A DNA stretch of 64,000 nucleotides from K189A clade bacterium (GCA_009886205.1 QXZU01000186.1:24043-88042); one strand, 5' to 3'. Shown: positions 33,181 through 43,853, counted from the first letter of the stretch. Notes: a model not told the origin generated them from the sequence alone. Numbers and translations are program-made.

Positions 33181-33389
33181 AATAATCTTTTTCTGCGCTC
33201 AGAAATGACGCTCTTGAGATAAGGGGGCTAACTAAAAACTGAAAAAGAGCGCAAGAGGCGCAAAAGAGGCGCGGAAGCAAGAATGGAACTAAAGAGGCCG
33301 GGGAATCGCAAACGCAGCAACGCTTGCGCCAAATGTCCAAACCTCCTTGGCTTCCTCCCACCTAAATCAGTGGGAAGATCTAACGGTCT

Positions 33390-33803
33390 CTAGCGTGCAG
33401 CGTCTAAAATATAGGTTACCGCGTCAGCCAGTTCATCGTCTGAACAACTCATGCATGTGCCTTTCGCTGGCATAGCACCAATACCGTTCAGCGTGCTCAC
33501 CATTAATGCGTCCATGCCCTTGGCCGCACGTGGTGCCCAAGCATCAGTATCAGCAAACAAAGGTGATCCGCCTACGCCATTAGCGTGGCATACCGAGCAA
33601 TATTGTCCATACACCTCTTCACCGGTCAGAGGCATTTTGGCTACCACTTCGCCAGTATCAGCTGCTGCGTCAACCCTACTCAATGTGCCATAGGGTTTTA
33701 AACGCTCACTAATTTCGTCATCGGTGCCCGGCGGCAAAGCCACTGCGGTCAGTCCGAAGGATACAAGGGCAGTTAAAATCACTGTTGAAAAACTCAGTCT
33801 CAA
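33390..33803 (-). CDS. Cytochrome c5 family protein
   Basis: Signal peptide, ISERLKPYG, CSVCH heme motif, AWAPR and MPAKGTCMSCSDDEL; TTG start with AGGAG. Confidence 0.9.
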   Translation of the reverse strand: MRLSFSTVILTALVSFGLTAVALPPGTDDEISERLKPYGTLSRVDAAADTGEVVAKMPLTGEEVYGQYCSVCHANGVGGSPLFADTDAWAPRAAKGMDALMVSTLNGIGAMPAKGTCMSCSDDELADAVTYILDAAR

Positions 33804-33895
33804 AGGAGGTCTCCTAATTACTTTTTATTACGTTGTAGTTACTTTCGAATTACTTTTAAAAATTTGCAGCGATGCCAAACCCGCGCAGTATATCC

Positions 33896-35065
33896 CTATG
33901 GGCGGGTCGCGTCGAACAACTCACGGCCGATCAACATGCGCCGAATTTCACTGGTACCCGCACCAATTTCGTAGAGCTTAGCGTCGCGCAATAACCTTGC
34001 CGCAGGATAATCATTAATGTAGCCGTTTCCGCCAAGAGCCTGCACTGCCTGCAAAGCATGCTGGGTAGCTTTTTCAGCTGCAAACAATATACATCCCGCA
34101 GCGTCAAAACGAGTCGTGCGTTGATCGTCGCAAGCCACTGCAACGGCATAGACATAAGATCTTGCCGCGTTCATTTCGGTATACATATCTGCAACCTTGC
34201 CCTGCATCAGCTGGAACTCGCCAATAGAGTGACCAAATTGCTTACGCTCGTGCATGTAGGGCATAACGACATCTAGACAATTACGCATAATGCCCAGCGG
34301 ACCGCCCGCAAGTACTACGCGCTCGTAGTCTAATCCGCTCATCAAAATACCTACGCCTTGGCCGACATTGCCAAGTACCTGAGTTTTTGGTACTCGGCAG
34401 TCTTCAAATATCAATTCTGCAGTATCGGAGCCGCGCATGCCCATTTTGTCGAGTTTGGTACCGGTGCTGAAGCCCTGCATGGATTTTTCAATCAGAAAGG
34501 CGGTTATGCCTTTAGAGCCGGCGTCCGGATTAACTGTGGCATAGACCACCAGTACATCAGCGCCAGGTCCATTGGTAATCCACATTTTGGTGCCGTTCAA
34601 AATATAATCGTCGCCGTCTTCCACGGCGCGTAAGCCTAAACTCACAACGTCGGAGCCTGAGTTATGTTCGCTCATGGCTAACGCACCGAGAAACTCGCCG
34701 GATACCAACTTGGGCAGGTAAGCATTTTTTTGCACTTCACTACCAAAGCGTGAAATTTGGTTTACACAAAGATTTGAGTGCGCGCCGTAGGAGAGCCCTA
34801 CGGAGGCCGAGGCCCTACTAATTTCCTCCATGACAACAGTATGCGCCAGATAACCCATATCAACGCCGCCGTACGCAGGATCTACCGTCATGCCAAGGAC
34901 ACCGAGGTCGCCGAACTTAGTCCAAAGGTCCCGAGGAAATTCATTATCTTTGTCTATCTGGGCAGCGCGTGGCGCTAACTCTTTGGCACAGAAATGCGCG
35001 ACGCTGTCACGCAACTGTTGCACGGTCTCGCCGAAACCAAAGTCAAAATCAGGCAATGTGCTCAT
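33896..35065 (-). CDS. ivd: Isovaleryl-CoA dehydrogenase
   Basis: [51 protein letters not shown] and [12 protein letters not shown] motifs. Confidence 0.93.
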   Translation of the reverse strand: MSTLPDFDFGFGETVQQLRDSVAHFCAKELAPRAAQIDKDNEFPRDLWTKFGDLGVLGMTVDPAYGGVDMGYLAHTVVMEEISRASASVGLSYGAHSNLCVNQISRFGSEVQKNAYLPKLVSGEFLGALAMSEHNSGSDVVSLGLRAVEDGDDYILNGTKMWITNGPGADVLVVYATVNPDAGSKGITAFLIEKSMQGFSTGTKLDKMGMRGSDTAELIFEDCRVPKTQVLGNVGQGVGILMSGLDYERVVLAGGPLGIMRNCLDVVMPYMHERKQFGHSIGEFQLMQGKVADMYTEMNAARSYVYAVAVACDDQRTTRFDAAGCILFAAEKATQHALQAVQALGGNGYINDYPAARLLRDAKLYEIGAGTSEIRRMLIGRELFDATRP

Positions 35066-35280
35066 GAACAAAAACTCCCTCGCATTTTGAGGGAATAATA
35101 ACTTAATCGCCGCCTCATTAACTCTAATTGACGTAAATTACTCTGGAAAATGCCTTCGACAAAGACGAAAATTCGGCAAAACTTGCCGCGGTGTAGTGAG
35201 CAAAAGTCCAGCGAAGCTGGGTCGTAAGCATTACACTGCGCTGCGCTGCGCAACTTGTGTGATAAGAAAAGAGGATCCGT

Positions 35281-35907
35281 ATGGCTGGAAATTTGGACAG
35301 TTTGCTAGACAACAACAAGGCTTGGGCACAACGCGTATCAGAAGAGGATCCTGAATTCTTTGCGCGGCTGGCTAAACAACAACAACCTGAATATCTATGG
35401 ATAGGTTGTTCGGACAGCCGCGTGCCCGCTAACCAGATCAGTGGCTTATTACCGGGTGAGGTTTTTGTGCACCGCAATGTGGGCAACATTGTTATGCATA
35501 CCGACCTTAACTGTGTCAGCGTTATTGAATATGCCGTTAAAGTGTTAAAAGTACGGCACATTATCGTCTGCGGTCACTATCAATGCGGAGGCGTTAAAGC
35601 TGCTATGGAGGGCAACGCTGAAGGCAATGTCCACCAATGGCTTACTGGCCTCAGGGCGCTATGGAGTAACCACAAAGAGCGCTTGCAAAGCCTCTCTGCC
35701 GAGCAGGCTTTAGAGCAGTTATGCGAACTCAATGTAGCCCACCAAATGACCAGCGTATGTAAGACGGATGCGGTTCAGGAGGCCTGGAAAAATGACCAAC
35801 CGCTCAGTGTTCACGGCTGGATCTACGCCATTGAAGACGGTTTGCTTAAAGATTTGGGTACAAGCGTTAGCAACCGATCGGAATATACCCAGTTAATAGA
35901 CAGTTAA
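35281..35907 (+). CDS. can: Beta-class carbonic anhydrase
   Basis: WIGCSDSRVP, VFVHRNVGN and VCGHYQCGG zinc ligands. Confidence 0.95.
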   Translation: MAGNLDSLLDNNKAWAQRVSEEDPEFFARLAKQQQPEYLWIGCSDSRVPANQISGLLPGEVFVHRNVGNIVMHTDLNCVSVIEYAVKVLKVRHIIVCGHYQCGGVKAAMEGNAEGNVHQWLTGLRALWSNHKERLQSLSAEQALEQLCELNVAHQMTSVCKTDAVQEAWKNDQPLSVHGWIYAIEDGLLKDLGTSVSNRSEYTQLIDS

Positions 35908-36407
35908 TCTGCTGATTGCGGCTCTGTCTTCGCCTCCGGTGCTACAGGTAACGCAGGTGCCACAGATGCCACAGAGGTACCGGCAATAAGGTCATGCAAA
36001 CAACATCTGTCTTTGCCAAATAGAAACACCCAATCTATTAGCACCAGATACCAAAAACCGATCAACGCAGCATGGGGTAAACCAAAGAACAGGGCCCGGA
36101 GAAAAATCAGTTTCCACAAGGCGGGGGTTTTCCCATCTTGGCTGTTAACAATTTTCAGCTTTAACCAGTACTTGCCTAATGTCTGACCTCTTTGCCACAA
36201 CAGCCACCCATTAAGTATGAGGTAACTGGTCACGCCGAGAAAAAACACGCGCAAATAGGGGAATCCGCCGGTGTAGGCTTCAGCACTCTCCAGCAAACCT
36301 GTGACCAACATCAATAGCAGCGCAAAGGCCGGCACTAGGCAAAAATCTATCCCCCCAGCAAGGGCTCTGCGCCAAATCTTTGCATTGGGCTGCCTTATCT
36401 CACTCAC
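35904..36407 (-). CDS. RDD family membrane protein
   Basis: WRRALAGGIDF, GQTLGKYWLKLKIV and LHDLIAGT motifs. Probable GTG start at 36407 overlaps the upstream stop. Confidence 0.88.
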   Translation of the reverse strand: MSEIRQPNAKIWRRALAGGIDFCLVPAFALLLMLVTGLLESAEAYTGGFPYLRVFFLGVTSYLILNGWLLWQRGQTLGKYWLKLKIVNSQDGKTPALWKLIFLRALFFGLPHAALIGFWYLVLIDWVFLFGKDRCCLHDLIAGTSVASVAPALPVAPEAKTEPQSAD

Positions 36408-38073
36408 TAGCAACGCCCTCCAAACTATTGGTTTGAGAGGCGTCAACGCTGTCTTCAACTAGCTGAAAAACCAACAGCGCGTTGCCTGGCTGCATACTTA
36501 CGCCGCCATAACCCGAGGCAACAATGAGCAAATCATCAACGAGCAATGGGCCGTGAGAATCAATACTTGCACCCGTAGCTGGCACGCCGTTTACCGTTGT
36601 AAAGGTTTTAGCCGTATCAAACTGCCAAAGCACAGATCCGTCTTGTGCACTGTACGCTGCAATACCTCCTGCCAAATCTCCTGCAACCACCAGTCCTTGC
36701 GCCGCGACAATGCCCGCAGATAAACCGGGCCAAAAGCCAGCAACGGAGTCAGTGTCTTGGAGGTTTTTCCAGCGTATGGTGCCATCCGATAAATTCAGCG
36801 CAAACATACCAGGAACAGCAGGCAAATCGGAATGCCCACCGCTGGGGAAATCACTGATGGGTACATACAAAAGCCCCGCTTGCTCATCCGCTGCAATACC
36901 CCAGTGAATACCGCCAAGGTAACCACCGCGACTCAAATGCTTACTCCAGTACACGTCACCTGTACGCGGGTTCATGGCGTGCACATGACCGGATTTTTGC
37001 CCGGCGTATAAAACCGTTTCACCACGGCCATTATTCGCAAGAACAGGTGGCGCGCCAAAGTCTAAGTCTGGGCCGGGGGAGTCGGGACAATTCGGACCAC
37101 CAATCACGCAACCCATATTGAAAGTATCTCCTGCGGTAAATTGTTTGACCCAACGGCGTTGACCGGTCGCGGCATCCACAGCAAAAATAGCGTCGCTTGT
37201 GAGCGTGGCAGGCTCCGTATAGTTCTCACCCGTGCCATAAAATAACAAACCACTCTCGGCATCAAAGGTTGGCGCGCTCCACACCGGCACACCACTGGGC
37301 CCCCACTCTTCAACAAAGAAAAAATGCCTGCCAATCACCTGGGCCGGCTCTTCAATCGTCGGCAGATACCAAAGCTGCTCGCCGGTGGTGGCGTCAAATG
37401 CAGCCATGCCGCCACTGGTGGTACAGCAGCCATAAAATGGATTCAGGCTGAGGCCTATTTCCTCACTAGAAATAGGCACAAAAATTTTGCCCTGCGCTAA
37501 CAGCGGCGTGCCGGAATAAAGGGGTACAGGTTCATCATCTATGGACGCCTTCCACAGAGTTTTACCGGTTGCGGCATCTACAGCAAAAACGCCTTCGCGA
37601 CGACTGGTGAAATACAAAGTCAAACCAGACTCTGTAACTCTGCTCAAAATCGCACTGGCAACATCCGCTTCACTGTCTTCGTGCCGCCATCTGACACAAC
37701 CCGTCTCACGATCCAAGGCCAGTAACCCTGCACCGCTGTCACCAAAAAAGATCGTGTCTTTAGTTACCAGTGGATAAGAGCGGGGAGAATTGGACTCCAG
37801 CCCATAGGCCCATTTCAGTTTTAGTTGGTGAACATTTGTTGCATTAATGGTGGTGTGTTCAGCCGGCACAAATCGAGTACTGTGCTCGTCAATGCCCCAA
37901 TACTGAGGGAACGCACCGGCTAGATCTGCCTGAGATTCTTCGCAGTCCGCCGCATGCACTTGAACAAATATAGATTGGAAAAATATGGAGAGAACCAATA
38001 CAGACAGAACAAGCACAACTTGCACCTTAGAAAAGAAGGTCAGACCGCGCATAACACTTGAGCTAGATTTCAC
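36400..38073 (-). CDS. Exported PQQ-type beta-propeller dehydrogenase (polyvinyl-alcohol-dehydrogenase-like), no heme c domain
   Basis: LKLKWAY, repeated A.DA.TG...W docking motifs, vicinal CC (YGCCTTSGG), VWSAPT, DLDFGAPP and GGIHWG; no CxxCH. Confidence 0.8.
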   Translation of the reverse strand: MKSSSSVMRGLTFFSKVQVVLVLSVLVLSIFFQSIFVQVHAADCEESQADLAGAFPQYWGIDEHSTRFVPAEHTTINATNVHQLKLKWAYGLESNSPRSYPLVTKDTIFFGDSGAGLLALDRETGCVRWRHEDSEADVASAILSRVTESGLTLYFTSRREGVFAVDAATGKTLWKASIDDEPVPLYSGTPLLAQGKIFVPISSEEIGLSLNPFYGCCTTSGGMAAFDATTGEQLWYLPTIEEPAQVIGRHFFFVEEWGPSGVPVWSAPTFDAESGLLFYGTGENYTEPATLTSDAIFAVDAATGQRRWVKQFTAGDTFNMGCVIGGPNCPDSPGPDLDFGAPPVLANNGRGETVLYAGQKSGHVHAMNPRTGDVYWSKHLSRGGYLGGIHWGIAADEQAGLLYVPISDFPSGGHSDLPAVPGMFALNLSDGTIRWKNLQDTDSVAGFWPGLSAGIVAAQGLVVAGDLAGGIAAYSAQDGSVLWQFDTAKTFTTVNGVPATGASIDSHGPLLVDDLLIVASGYGGVSMQPGNALLVFQLVEDSVDASQTNSLEGVASE

Positions 38074-38134
38074 AAAGTCTCTCCTCTAGTGAGCTCACCA
38101 AAAATAGAAGTTAATGGCGGCCAAATTCTAGCCG

Positions 38135-39553
38135 CTAAGTTAATCCGCTTTGCTTTGCCCAAGACTGTGTCTTGGCAAGGCCCACTGCAAATTTATCGAC
38201 CATTTCATGTACTTGATCTTCGGAGATAATCAACGGTGGGCAAAATGCGACAGAATCACCAAGGTTGCGCAAAATAACGCCCGCGTCTTGACAGGCTGCG
38301 GAACAGAATGCCCCCACACCGTCAGATGCTTGAAACGGCAGGCGCGGCTGAGTTTGTTTCACTAGCTCAACTGCCGCTATCAGCCCAGCGCCCCGAACTT
38401 CACCCACCAACGGCTGACCAACGAATTGTTGCAGTCGCGCTTGGAATATTTCACCCATTTTTTGCGCATGCTCGAACAAATTGGTTTCTTGCATAATCTC
38501 CAAATTGCGCAGCGCAACAGCCGCGCAAACTGGATGCCCTGAATAAGTAAAACCATGACCAAAGTTGCCAAGCTCATCGGACTTGGCGGCAAATGCTTCA
38601 TACATAAATTCAGGAATAAGCACTGCGCTGATGGGCAAGTATGCGGAAGACAATGCTTTGGCAACGCTCATTGTTGTGGGCTTAATGCCAAAAGTTTCAG
38701 CGCCAAACGCGTTTCCAGTACGGCCAAAACCGCAAATAACTTCATCATCGATAAAAAAAATATCGTACTTTTCTAAAACCGCTTGAATCTTTTGATAGTA
38801 ATTTTCTGGCGGCACAATGACACCACCAGCGCCTAGTATCGGCTCAGCAATAAAGGCTGCCACGGTTTCTGGCCCCTCATGCAGAATCATCTGCTCTAAG
38901 TCGTTAGCCACTCGGTCAACAAATGCCGCTTCGCTTTCACCTTCAAGACCCTCGCTGTAGTAATGAGGACTGGTGGTGTGCAGTACGCCTGCAATCGGCA
39001 GATCAAATGCGTTGTGGAACGCTGGCAGGCCGGTTAAAGACCCGCTGGCCACGGTGACGCCGTGATAGCCGCGCTTACGGCTGATGATTTTTTTCTTCTC
39101 CGGTCGCCCAACTGCATTGTTGTAATACCAAATGAGTTTCATCTGGGTATCGTTTGCATCACTACCAGAAGAACCAAAAAACACCCTACCCGCATCGAAA
39201 GGCACCATGGCCTTTAGTTTTTCCGCCAGCAATACAGAAGGCTCATTCGTCCGTCCGGCAAAGAGCTGGGAGTAGCTCATTTTGCGAATTTGTTGGGCTG
39301 CAACATCTGCCAGTTCTTCGTTACCGTAACCAATAGCCGTACACCAAAGCCCAGCCATGCCTTCCAAATACTGATTGCCCTGATTGTCCCAAATGTACAC
39401 ACCCTCTGCGCGCTCATGGACCTTAGGGCCTGATTCGCCATGTTGTTTCAGATTGGTGGAGGGATGAAGTAGGTGCTGAAGATCTTTCCCTTCAATTGAA
39501 TCCGCTGAGAACTCATTATGTAAGGCCAAGCCAGACTGTTTTGTCGGTTGCAT
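38135..39553 (-). CDS. Class III PLP aminotransferase (omega-amine transaminase-like)
   Basis: GMAGLWC, SGSDANDT, GYHG, FIAEPILGAGG, DEVICGFGRTG, catalytic K in SVAKALS and HGFTYSGHP. Confidence 0.92.
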   Translation of the reverse strand: MQPTKQSGLALHNEFSADSIEGKDLQHLLHPSTNLKQHGESGPKVHERAEGVYIWDNQGNQYLEGMAGLWCTAIGYGNEELADVAAQQIRKMSYSQLFAGRTNEPSVLLAEKLKAMVPFDAGRVFFGSSGSDANDTQMKLIWYYNNAVGRPEKKKIISRKRGYHGVTVASGSLTGLPAFHNAFDLPIAGVLHTTSPHYYSEGLEGESEAAFVDRVANDLEQMILHEGPETVAAFIAEPILGAGGVIVPPENYYQKIQAVLEKYDIFFIDDEVICGFGRTGNAFGAETFGIKPTTMSVAKALSSAYLPISAVLIPEFMYEAFAAKSDELGNFGHGFTYSGHPVCAAVALRNLEIMQETNLFEHAQKMGEIFQARLQQFVGQPLVGEVRGAGLIAAVELVKQTQPRLPFQASDGVGAFCSAACQDAGVILRNLGDSVAFCPPLIISEDQVHEMVDKFAVGLAKTQSWAKQSGLT

Positions 39554-39609
39554 AATAGGTACCTAAACTCTCTCTATATTTGATTGCGCGAAGTAGCGAA
39601 GCCCCTGCG

Positions 39610-40422
39610 TTAGATTAGATCAGCCGGGTCTAAGTTGAATTCTTCAATGACCGCATCAGCATAATCAATGCGTCCGGTTAGCGCTTTAGGGTCGCCGTTA
39701 CACAGTCGTAGGCAGGCTTCCGCCATATGCTCTACCGGAGTTACTCGATCCTTGCTTTCCTCGGTGATTAACTTGTGGTGAATAACGCCAGGGGTGGCGA
39801 CTAACCCAGGAGAAATCACGTTAACGCCCACACCATAGTCATAAAGCTCTGAGGCTAAGCCGGTGGTGAATCTTTCTAACGCAGCTTTGCACATGCCATA
39901 CACGGTACTACCACGCCCCGATAATTTTTTGTCAGGATGGAGTGCAGCATGAGATGAAATATTTAGGATCCAACCCGAGCCGCGCTCCTGCATTTGCGGT
40001 GCGACCAATTGGGCAAGCTCAAATGGTGCCCAAACTTGCACATCCATCATGAGTCGAAAACGTTTTTCGGGAAAATCTACTACGGGAATGAAGTAGGTTA
40101 TTGCAGCGTTGTTGATCAAAATATCTATCGCGCCGTAAGCGTCCATAGTAGCGGCAACCAAATTGGCTCGATCTTCCGCTATCGCTAAATCGGCTTTCAC
40201 CGCTAGTGCTTCACCACCGGCAGCTTTTATTTCGCTGACAGTTTGATTAATGCTGCCAGGCAGAAAGTGTTCACCACTCTCCACGGTGCGGGCAGACACC
40301 ACCACTTTTGCACCTTCCATAGCAAAGCGGCGCGCTATGGCGTCACCAATACCTCTACTGGCGCCAGTGATAACTGCTACTTTACCCGCCAGAAGACCGT
40401 TTTTATTGATTGCTGCTGTCAT
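39610..40422 (-). CDS. Short-chain dehydrogenase/reductase
   Basis: VITGASRGIG, LINNAA, NISS and YGMCK (YxxxK) motifs. Start set to ATG 40422 after GAGG. Confidence 0.9.
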   Translation of the reverse strand: MTAAINKNGLLAGKVAVITGASRGIGDAIARRFAMEGAKVVVSARTVESGEHFLPGSINQTVSEIKAAGGEALAVKADLAIAEDRANLVAATMDAYGAIDILINNAAITYFIPVVDFPEKRFRLMMDVQVWAPFELAQLVAPQMQERGSGWILNISSHAALHPDKKLSGRGSTVYGMCKAALERFTTGLASELYDYGVGVNVISPGLVATPGVIHHKLITEESKDRVTPVEHMAEACLRLCNGDPKALTGRIDYADAVIEEFNLDPADLI

Positions 40423-40431
40423 ATCCCACCC

Positions 40432-40467
40432 CTCTTTACCTAGATCTTTACCTAACTCTTTATCTAA
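40432..40467. repeat. Degenerate 12-bp tandem repeat x3
   Basis: CTCTTTACCTAG / ATCTTTACCTAA / CTCTTTATCTAA immediately upstream of the SDR ribosome-binding site. Confidence 0.8.
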
Positions 40468-40589
40468 CAATTTGTCTCATGCATTGTACTTGATGCTCAT
40501 TGCGCTGTTTTAGACGCAAGCCCTTTTACAGAACACATCGCGCACCTGGGTCACCCCCATGACTCAGCCGCGATTGGGACCCTGCAAAT

Positions 40590-41690
40590 TTAGTCCTCAA
40601 TATAGACTTTGGTCAACCGCCGACTTAGACCCGTGAGAATTTCGAAGGTAATGGTTTGCGCTTGGCTTGCTACTTCATCTACAGAGATCTGCGCGCCCAT
40701 CAGCTCAAACCAGTCGCCTTCGGCGACCTCAAGATCACCTACGTCTACGATAGTCGCGTCCATACTGATGCGGCCGACGATTGCGCAATATTCACCGGCA
40801 AAATAAGCCCGCCCGTTATTGGACAAAAGGCGGGGTAGGCCATCGGCATACCCCACATCCAGTACCGCTAAACGGCTGGCCTTAGGCATTATGTGGGTGC
40901 TGCCGTACCCCACCGGCGTACCCGCTGCGACCTGGCGGACCTGAAGCACTTGGCCATACAAACCCACTACGGGTTTTAGCGCCTTATTGTGTTGCGAACC
41001 GCCTGCGGAAAATGGATGGCCTCCGTAGAGGCCAATACCTACCCTGTCTAGATGACTGAGCCCGTCACCCTGAATCTTTAATGCTTGGTTCGCTTGTAAG
41101 GTGAGAGAGCCCGCTGAATTGGCCAGACTTAGGCGGAGCGTAGGGTAGTGTGCTCGCAAAGCACTGTAAGCGGCATTTAGGCGCTGGGATTGCAGGGCAT
41201 TAAAACTATGCTCAAACTCATCTGCACGCGCATAGTGGCTAACAAGCAAGTCTATATTCAGATTAAGCCCGCTGATGTCTTGAGCAACACTGTCTACCGC
41301 CATACCTAATCGGGACATACCGGTATCAACATGCAAAGCCGCAGGCGCTTGCGTATTTGCCCAATAGCGACACTGCTCTAGGGTATTGAGAACAGGTATT
41401 AGTCTGTCGGCAAGCAGTGCTTGGACCGCTTCTTCGCTCTTTGGGCTTACGCCAGCCAGCACATAAATCTTCGCCTCACCTAACACTCTGCGCAGCGCAC
41501 TACCTTCACTGGTAAAGGCAACAAAAAACTCGCGACAGCCTTCGTCCCAAAGTTTTTTTGCAACCGCTTCAACGCCCAATCCATAACTGTCTGCCTTGAC
41601 CACCGCCGCAAACTGAGCCGGGCTGCCACGGTGAAACTGCGCATAGTTATGCGCAAGGGCACTCAGATTAATCGTCAGGCGACCAGTCAT
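40590..41690 (-). CDS. alr: Alanine racemase
   Basis: AVVKADSYGLG (PLP Lys), HVDTGMSRLG, SLANSAG, VGYG, GYADGLPR and GRISMD motifs. Confidence 0.93.
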   Translation of the reverse strand: MTGRLTINLSALAHNYAQFHRGSPAQFAAVVKADSYGLGVEAVAKKLWDEGCREFFVAFTSEGSALRRVLGEAKIYVLAGVSPKSEEAVQALLADRLIPVLNTLEQCRYWANTQAPAALHVDTGMSRLGMAVDSVAQDISGLNLNIDLLVSHYARADEFEHSFNALQSQRLNAAYSALRAHYPTLRLSLANSAGSLTLQANQALKIQGDGLSHLDRVGIGLYGGHPFSAGGSQHNKALKPVVGLYGQVLQVRQVAAGTPVGYGSTHIMPKASRLAVLDVGYADGLPRLLSNNGRAYFAGEYCAIVGRISMDATIVDVGDLEVAEGDWFELMGAQISVDEVASQAQTITFEILTGLSRRLTKVYIED

Positions 41691-41698
41691 AGATATCT

Positions 41699-42346
41699 TT
41701 AGTTAAGGCTATTGATGTACGCTACAACGTCGTTCATCGACTCATCTGTCGTCAATGTCGCCGTCATTGCACGCATTTGGCGGCCGCCATGGTCTGCGTT
41801 GTGATAACCACGCTGACCTTTCTTAAACTTTTTCAATTGCGCAACTAAGTACCAATCGCTTTGTCCGGTTAAACGCGGTGCGGCCATTGCCTCATTGCCT
41901 TCACCTTGAGCGCCATGACAAGCTGCGCAAACGGGATAAGCGGACTTACCTTTGCTCGCATCCCCTTGAATAGTCGGCGTGATGCTCTCATCCGGCAGCG
42001 AAGAAACATAAGCAACCAAATTGGCCAATGCTTCAGGCGACTTTAGCCGTGGTCCCTTAGACATGGCGGCCATTTGCATACCTTTCATGTCGCCAGCAAC
42101 CGTTCCACGCAGGCCATTTTGAAAATGTTGCAGTTGCTTAAGCGTATAGAAGGCCAGTTGCCCAGAAATTTTAGGCGCGCCCATGGCTTGGCTACCACTG
42201 CCATTAACGCCATGACAGGAGGTACATAACGGGTACATAGATTTTCCTGCGGCGGCGTCACCGGGAACCGTCTGCGCCAGAACATTCACAATTTGACCAC
42301 TCGCCAAAATCAACCCGGCCATAACTACAGTTTTTAGAAACCTCAT
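41699..42346 (-). CDS. Diheme c-type cytochrome (c4/c553-like)
   Basis: Signal peptide, CTSCH and CAACH heme motifs, AP(K/R)(I/L).GQ...Y...QL repeats. Confidence 0.9.
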   Translation of the reverse strand: MRFLKTVVMAGLILASGQIVNVLAQTVPGDAAAGKSMYPLCTSCHGVNGSGSQAMGAPKISGQLAFYTLKQLQHFQNGLRGTVAGDMKGMQMAAMSKGPRLKSPEALANLVAYVSSLPDESITPTIQGDASKGKSAYPVCAACHGAQGEGNEAMAAPRLTGQSDWYLVAQLKKFKKGQRGYHNADHGGRQMRAMTATLTTDESMNDVVAYINSLN

Positions 42347-42558
42347 AACTACTCCTAATGTGTCTCAATAACCCTTCACTTAACAAACGCTCAACACGCA
42401 GACTACTCGCTGGGCAAGGTAACTATGCATGCAAAATGTTGCGCAATAATAACGCCAAAACTCTATCAGGTTGGAAAAATCGGCTGCGCATAGCAAGCCG
42501 CAAAATGGACATAATGCTAGATTGTACTGGTAAGCTTAATTTTATTAACTGACAAGGA

Positions 42559-43734
42559 ATGCTCAACATCATGAGTAAGAGCAAACGCACCGCCGAGCGC
42601 GCGACTGACCCTGCCCAAAAGCATGCCAAAACAGGGCACAAAGCCTCCGCCAAGAAAGGCCGAATTGTCGCGCTAGAACACACCTCAACGGTGCTGAAAG
42701 ATAACCCTTTAGGGGATCCATTCGAGCGTCCCGTGAACGTTTATTTACCAGCCGCCTATGACACGCAACCGAACAAGCGCTTCCCAGTGCTATTTGATCT
42801 AGCCGGCTTTACGGGCAGCGGGCTTGGGCATCTGAACTGGCGTAATTTTGATGAAAACCTGCCAGAGAAACTGGATCGACTCATTGCCACTAAGGCCATG
42901 ACTCCGGTGATTGTAGTCTTCCCAGATTGTTTTACTTGTTTAGGCGGCAACCAGTACATTAATTCAAGCGCCATAGGGCAGTACGCAGATTATCTGAACC
43001 TGGAACTTATTCCTTTTGTAGACGAACAACTCAGAACCCTTGCCTCAAGAGAACATCGCGGTTGTTTTGGTAAATCATCTGGCGGCTACGGTGCACTGCG
43101 AATGGCTATGGACTACCCGCAATATTGGGGCGGTATCGCCAACCACTCTGGCGATGCCTACTTCGATTTTGTCTACAAAGCCGAATGGCCTGAGGTACTC
43201 ACTCATTTACAAAAGTACGCACAACCTCAGCTCAAAGAAGGTCTACGTAAAAGTGTCTCTGGCCAAGCCCACCCGGGGCAAGATGACGGTCGTATTAGGC
43301 GCTTTCTTGAAGACATTTGGTCACGCAATCCGAACGGACACGACCCACTGGCAGGCAAGGACATAATGGCGTTGATGTTGGTGGCCATGGCCGCAAGCTA
43401 TGACACTGATCCAACCTTGCCCAATGGGTTTGGCCTACCCTTCGACCTTGAAAACGGCAAGTTTTTGCAAACTCGCTGGCGCAATTGGCTACGCAACGAT
43501 CCTATCCACATGAATGCGCGGCAGAAGAAAAACTTAAAAACCCTGAAAGGTATTTTTATCGACTGCGGTTGGCGCGACCAATTTCACATCCACTATGGCA
43601 GCCGTCAGCTCTCTGAGGTTTTGCAGGAAGCCGGGGTAGAACATCGCTACGAGGAATTCAATGGCACCCACTCCGGGGTAGACCATAGATTAGACACCAG
43701 CCTGGCGTTTTTGGCTAAGAAGCTGAAAGGTTAG
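42559..43734 (+). CDS. Alpha/beta hydrolase, Fes/enterochelin-esterase-like
   Basis: VYLPAAY, RFPVLFDLAGFTG, GGNQYINS, nucleophile elbow GKSSGGYG, IDCGWRD and EEFNGTH. Start may be 42570. Confidence 0.85.
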   Translation: MLNIMSKSKRTAERATDPAQKHAKTGHKASAKKGRIVALEHTSTVLKDNPLGDPFERPVNVYLPAAYDTQPNKRFPVLFDLAGFTGSGLGHLNWRNFDENLPEKLDRLIATKAMTPVIVVFPDCFTCLGGNQYINSSAIGQYADYLNLELIPFVDEQLRTLASREHRGCFGKSSGGYGALRMAMDYPQYWGGIANHSGDAYFDFVYKAEWPEVLTHLQKYAQPQLKEGLRKSVSGQAHPGQDDGRIRRFLEDIWSRNPNGHDPLAGKDIMALMLVAMAASYDTDPTLPNGFGLPFDLENGKFLQTRWRNWLRNDPIHMNARQKKNLKTLKGIFIDCGWRDQFHIHYGSRQLSEVLQEAGVEHRYEEFNGTHSGVDHRLDTSLAFLAKKLKG

Positions 43735-43853
43735 GAGGCTGGAAAAAGACTCGAAAATGGCTAACAAGCCAAAATAGCCCGAGGCAATGTTGCAAGAATT
43801 GCGAAAGTTGCGAGAATTAATCTATCTACACGCCCCCAAACCGTCTCGCGGTG

